A stretch of 64,000 nt of DNA from a virus (lineage: Duplodnaviria > Heunggongvirae > Uroviricota > Caudoviricetes). Below the pieces are notes generated by a model. The model saw nothing but the letters and a program-made list of their open reading frames with translations. It was not told the DNA's origin and ran no database searches. The position numbers and the translations under genes were made by a program. The stretch is from the IMG/VR virus record IMGVR_UViG_3300028584_001240. One strand, given 5' to 3'. Of the stretch, positions 61,451 to 64,000 are shown one piece after another (the stretch's first letter is position 1; every line of letters starts with the position of its first letter).

Positions 61451-62512
61451 ATGAATTTATTTAAAGCAAAGACAGCCGATCAATTAGAAGAAAAATTAAT
61501 GAAGATCGTTAATGATTTCTCTCATACAGTGGGATTAAAAGATGAAGTTACAACTAAGGTCAAAAATGCAGAAGGCCACATAAAATTAGGTGTAATGGGT
61601 GGTTTAGGCATTGGTGTATTAGGTGTTCTAGGCGGTATAGCCAGTATTCCACTTGTTCCAGCGATTGCAACCACAGCCGCCATTGGTAGTTTGACTGTAG
61701 CAGGTGTTGCTATGTTAGGTGGTGGAGCTGGTATGATGGCTGGACTTTCTTATGCAGGTCTAGGCAAGTTGTATACAAAATATCAAGAAAATAAATTAGG
61801 CGACCTTACTAGTAAGATATTTGAAGAACATAGAATGAAAATTGAAGATAGTAATTTTGAAAGACAGTTTAGTGACAAATTTCATAAACAAACAGATTAC
61901 AAAACCTATTCCCAACACATGAATTTACATAGTCTCATAAATGCTGTAAAAAAAGAAGACATGACTAAAGCTCAAGAAATAGTAAGATCCATTGTAGAAA
62001 GAGCAGAACTTCCAGAAGGTAAAAACAAAAAGCAACTATTTAAAGCACCAATGGCTGATGAGTTAAGTCAGAACCTTGGAAACTTCTTTGACACATACAA
62101 AAGAAAATTATATGGTCTTGAAAATCAAAGCAAGCAAATAAAAGCAGAAAATAAAATGGGATATGGCGGATTAGTTGCCGCTCTTGGTTCATTTGGTGCA
62201 GCGGCTGGATTGGTTGCGGCTAGTTCTGCTGTTATCGCAACAGGCGGAATTTCAATAAGTGTGGCAGCAATGGGATACATTGGTATTCAAGCTATTAAAA
62301 AAGCAGGATTTGCTCAAGCTGGCAGAAATGAAAGAGCGTTGGAACTTGATGCTGAACGTCACATGCATAAAGTTGCACAAGATTTGAATATTGATGTGAA
62401 AGACTTAAAATCAATACAAACGATGATGGAAAAGAAACCTTCTAATATTGCTGAAATGAAAGAGAAGTTTATCAATGAAACAGCCTCTCGTATAAAACAG
62501 AAAATCAGTTAA
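61451..62512 (+). CDS. membrane protein with two Gly/Ala-rich hydrophobic hairpins and basic tail
   Basis: GVMGGLGIGVLGVLGG...; GYGGLVAALGSFGAAAGL...; ends RIKQKIS*. Confidence 0.75.
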   Translation: MNLFKAKTADQLEEKLMKIVNDFSHTVGLKDEVTTKVKNAEGHIKLGVMGGLGIGVLGVLGGIASIPLVPAIATTAAIGSLTVAGVAMLGGGAGMMAGLSYAGLGKLYTKYQENKLGDLTSKIFEEHRMKIEDSNFERQFSDKFHKQTDYKTYSQHMNLHSLINAVKKEDMTKAQEIVRSIVERAELPEGKNKKQLFKAPMADELSQNLGNFFDTYKRKLYGLENQSKQIKAENKMGYGGLVAALGSFGAAAGLVAASSAVIATGGISISVAAMGYIGIQAIKKAGFAQAGRNERALELDAERHMHKVAQDLNIDVKDLKSIQTMMEKKPSNIAEMKEKFINETASRIKQKIS

Positions 62513-62597
62513 AAATAAAGACCATCTCATGATGGTTTTTTTATTGACATCAAAAGGTTATTTATGTTAATATAGTCAACTAATCGGAGAAAAAATA

Positions 62598-62627
62598 ATG
62601 AACACTAAACTATTGAGACGACTTTAA
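62598..62627 (+). CDS. leader peptide MNTKLLRRL upstream of argS
   Basis: SD GGAG; tandem AGA CGA codons; promoter TTGACA at 62544. Confidence 0.6.
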   Translation: MNTKLLRRL

Positions 62628-62681
62628 TTAAATCAAAAATTACCCATTACTATTTTTTATATAATTAAAAGGAGATTCAAT

Positions 62682-64000
62682 ATGTACAAGTCCATTATTA
62701 AATCGGATATCCAAAATTATCTGACATCAAAAAGCATCACGTTAACGGTTGATGTATCGTATTCAAGTTTTGAAAATTTTCATTATCAAACATCTATCCT
62801 TTTTCAATTAAATAAAAAAGGCGACTTTGACACGGCCAGCTTGATTGATTATTTATTGAAAACCACTCATTACGAAAACATTGAAATAACAGGGAAAGCT
62901 TTTTTGTCTTTCAAAATGAATTTAATGAATACACAAACAGTGCAAACAAAACTAAAAGAAACAGTGGTAGTCGATTACTGTGGTGTTAACGTTGCAAAAA
63001 AAATGCACATCGGACATATACGGTCTATGTTTATTGGCGACTTTGTTGTTCGGAGCCATCAGAATATGGGTGATGAAGTTATTTCATATAATCATATTGG
63101 TGATTGGGGAAATCAATTTGGTTTCCTACTCAATTACATTATGAAGAATGATTTAGCAAAGAACTTAGACAATCAAAAGCTCACTGAGTATTATAAGCTC
63201 GCTTATAGTGCCTATAACCTATCCAAAGAAAGTGATGATAATTCATTTGCACTTGAATCGGATAATGTTGCGTATAATCTTCAAAATAAACTTGATGATA
63301 AATTGCTAGCTTTATGGCAAAAATGTGTCGATATTAGTTTGATTGATCTAGAAGATACAATTAAAGAATTTAAGCTCAAATTGAACATTGCTGATACCAA
63401 GGGTGAAAGCTTCTTTGCTCAGTTCTGTCATGAAATCGTTGAAGACTTAATCAAAAAACAAATTGCCAGTGTTGATGATAATGGGTCGGTGTATGTTCAA
63501 CTTGAAAATAACAAGCTGGTCATCAAAAAAACGAATGGCACCTTTTTGTATGCTCTTTATGATTTAGCCGCTATAAAATGGCGGGTAGAACAACATAACC
63601 CAGATAAAATAGTGTATGTGGTTGATAAACGGCAGTCACTGCATTTTGAAACAATCTTCATGATTGCTAAAAAAGCAGGTTATGCAACCGATAAAAATAA
63701 GCTTGTCCATTTGGGTTTTGGTACCATCTTAGGTGAAGATAATAAGCCTATCAAAACAAAAACAGGAAAATCATTGTATTTGGATGATCTGTTAATGGAA
63801 GGTAAAAATGAATTATTAAAATCTACACACTTTACAAAGCTCTCAGGTGAGATACAAACTGAGTTGTTGAATAAAACGATTGTTGGTGGTCTTAAATTTC
63901 ATGATTTAAAATTAAGCAAGCATCAAGATTATGTGTTTGACTGGAAACATGTTTTAAACTTCTCTGGTGGTTCAGCTCCTTATCTTCAAAATGCTTCTGT
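62682..64000 (+). CDS. argS: arginine--tRNA ligase (3' end outside window)
   Basis: Own translation: VVVDYCGVNVAKKMHIGHIRSMFIGD, NHIGDWGNQFG, KGESFF, YVVDKRQSLHF, HLGFG, IKTKTG, GGSAPYLQ. Confidence 0.95.
   Translation, partial: MYKSIIKSDIQNYLTSKSITLTVDVSYSSFENFHYQTSILFQLNKKGDFDTASLIDYLLKTTHYENIEITGKAFLSFKMNLMNTQTVQTKLKETVVVDYCGVNVAKKMHIGHIRSMFIGDFVVRSHQNMGDEVISYNHIGDWGNQFGFLLNYIMKNDLAKNLDNQKLTEYYKLAYSAYNLSKESDDNSFALESDNVAYNLQNKLDDKLLALWQKCVDISLIDLEDTIKEFKLKLNIADTKGESFFAQFCHEIVEDLIKKQIASVDDNGSVYVQLENNKLVIKKTNGTFLYALYDLAAIKWRVEQHNPDKIVYVVDKRQSLHFETIFMIAKKAGYATDKNKLVHLGFGTILGEDNKPIKTKTGKSLYLDDLLMEGKNELLKSTHFTKLSGEIQTELLNKTIVGGLKFHDLKLSKHQDYVFDWKHVLNFSGGSAPYLQNAS

Overview
AT-rich, gene-dense window from a very large mobile element, either a jumbo phage or a giant plasmid-like element. 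There are no virion or replication genes here, so the two cannot be told apart. About 80 mostly short-transcript genes, many with their own sigma70-like promoter and intrinsic terminator. Recognisable content: four aminoacyl-tRNA synthetase genes (GluRS, CysRS, a catalytic-core-only GlyRS-like protein, ArgRS cut by the window end); seven tRNA genes (Thr-UGU, Asn-GUU, 2x CAU Ile2-type, Leu-UAA, Arg-UCU and an odd CUA-anticodon tRNA); a stand-alone tnpB element flanked by a ~125-bp diverged direct repeat; a MoxR-like AAA+/BRCT fusion near an HExxH metallopeptidase; a DotL/IcmO-like ATPase; an HDO-diiron/DUF3419 fusion next to GNAT and NADAR genes; envelope proteins; and many tandem paralog pairs. 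The strongest unexplained signal is that about 21 otherwise dissimilar 186-335 aa proteins all end in the same helix-like motif, [LIV]-x-x-M-x-x-[IFY]-stop, which suggests a shared targeting or docking tag. A second notable signal is cognate-amino-acid leader peptides ahead of two synthetases (GGG before the GlyRS-like gene, RR before argS). All family assignments come from motif recognition by eye; no searches were run.
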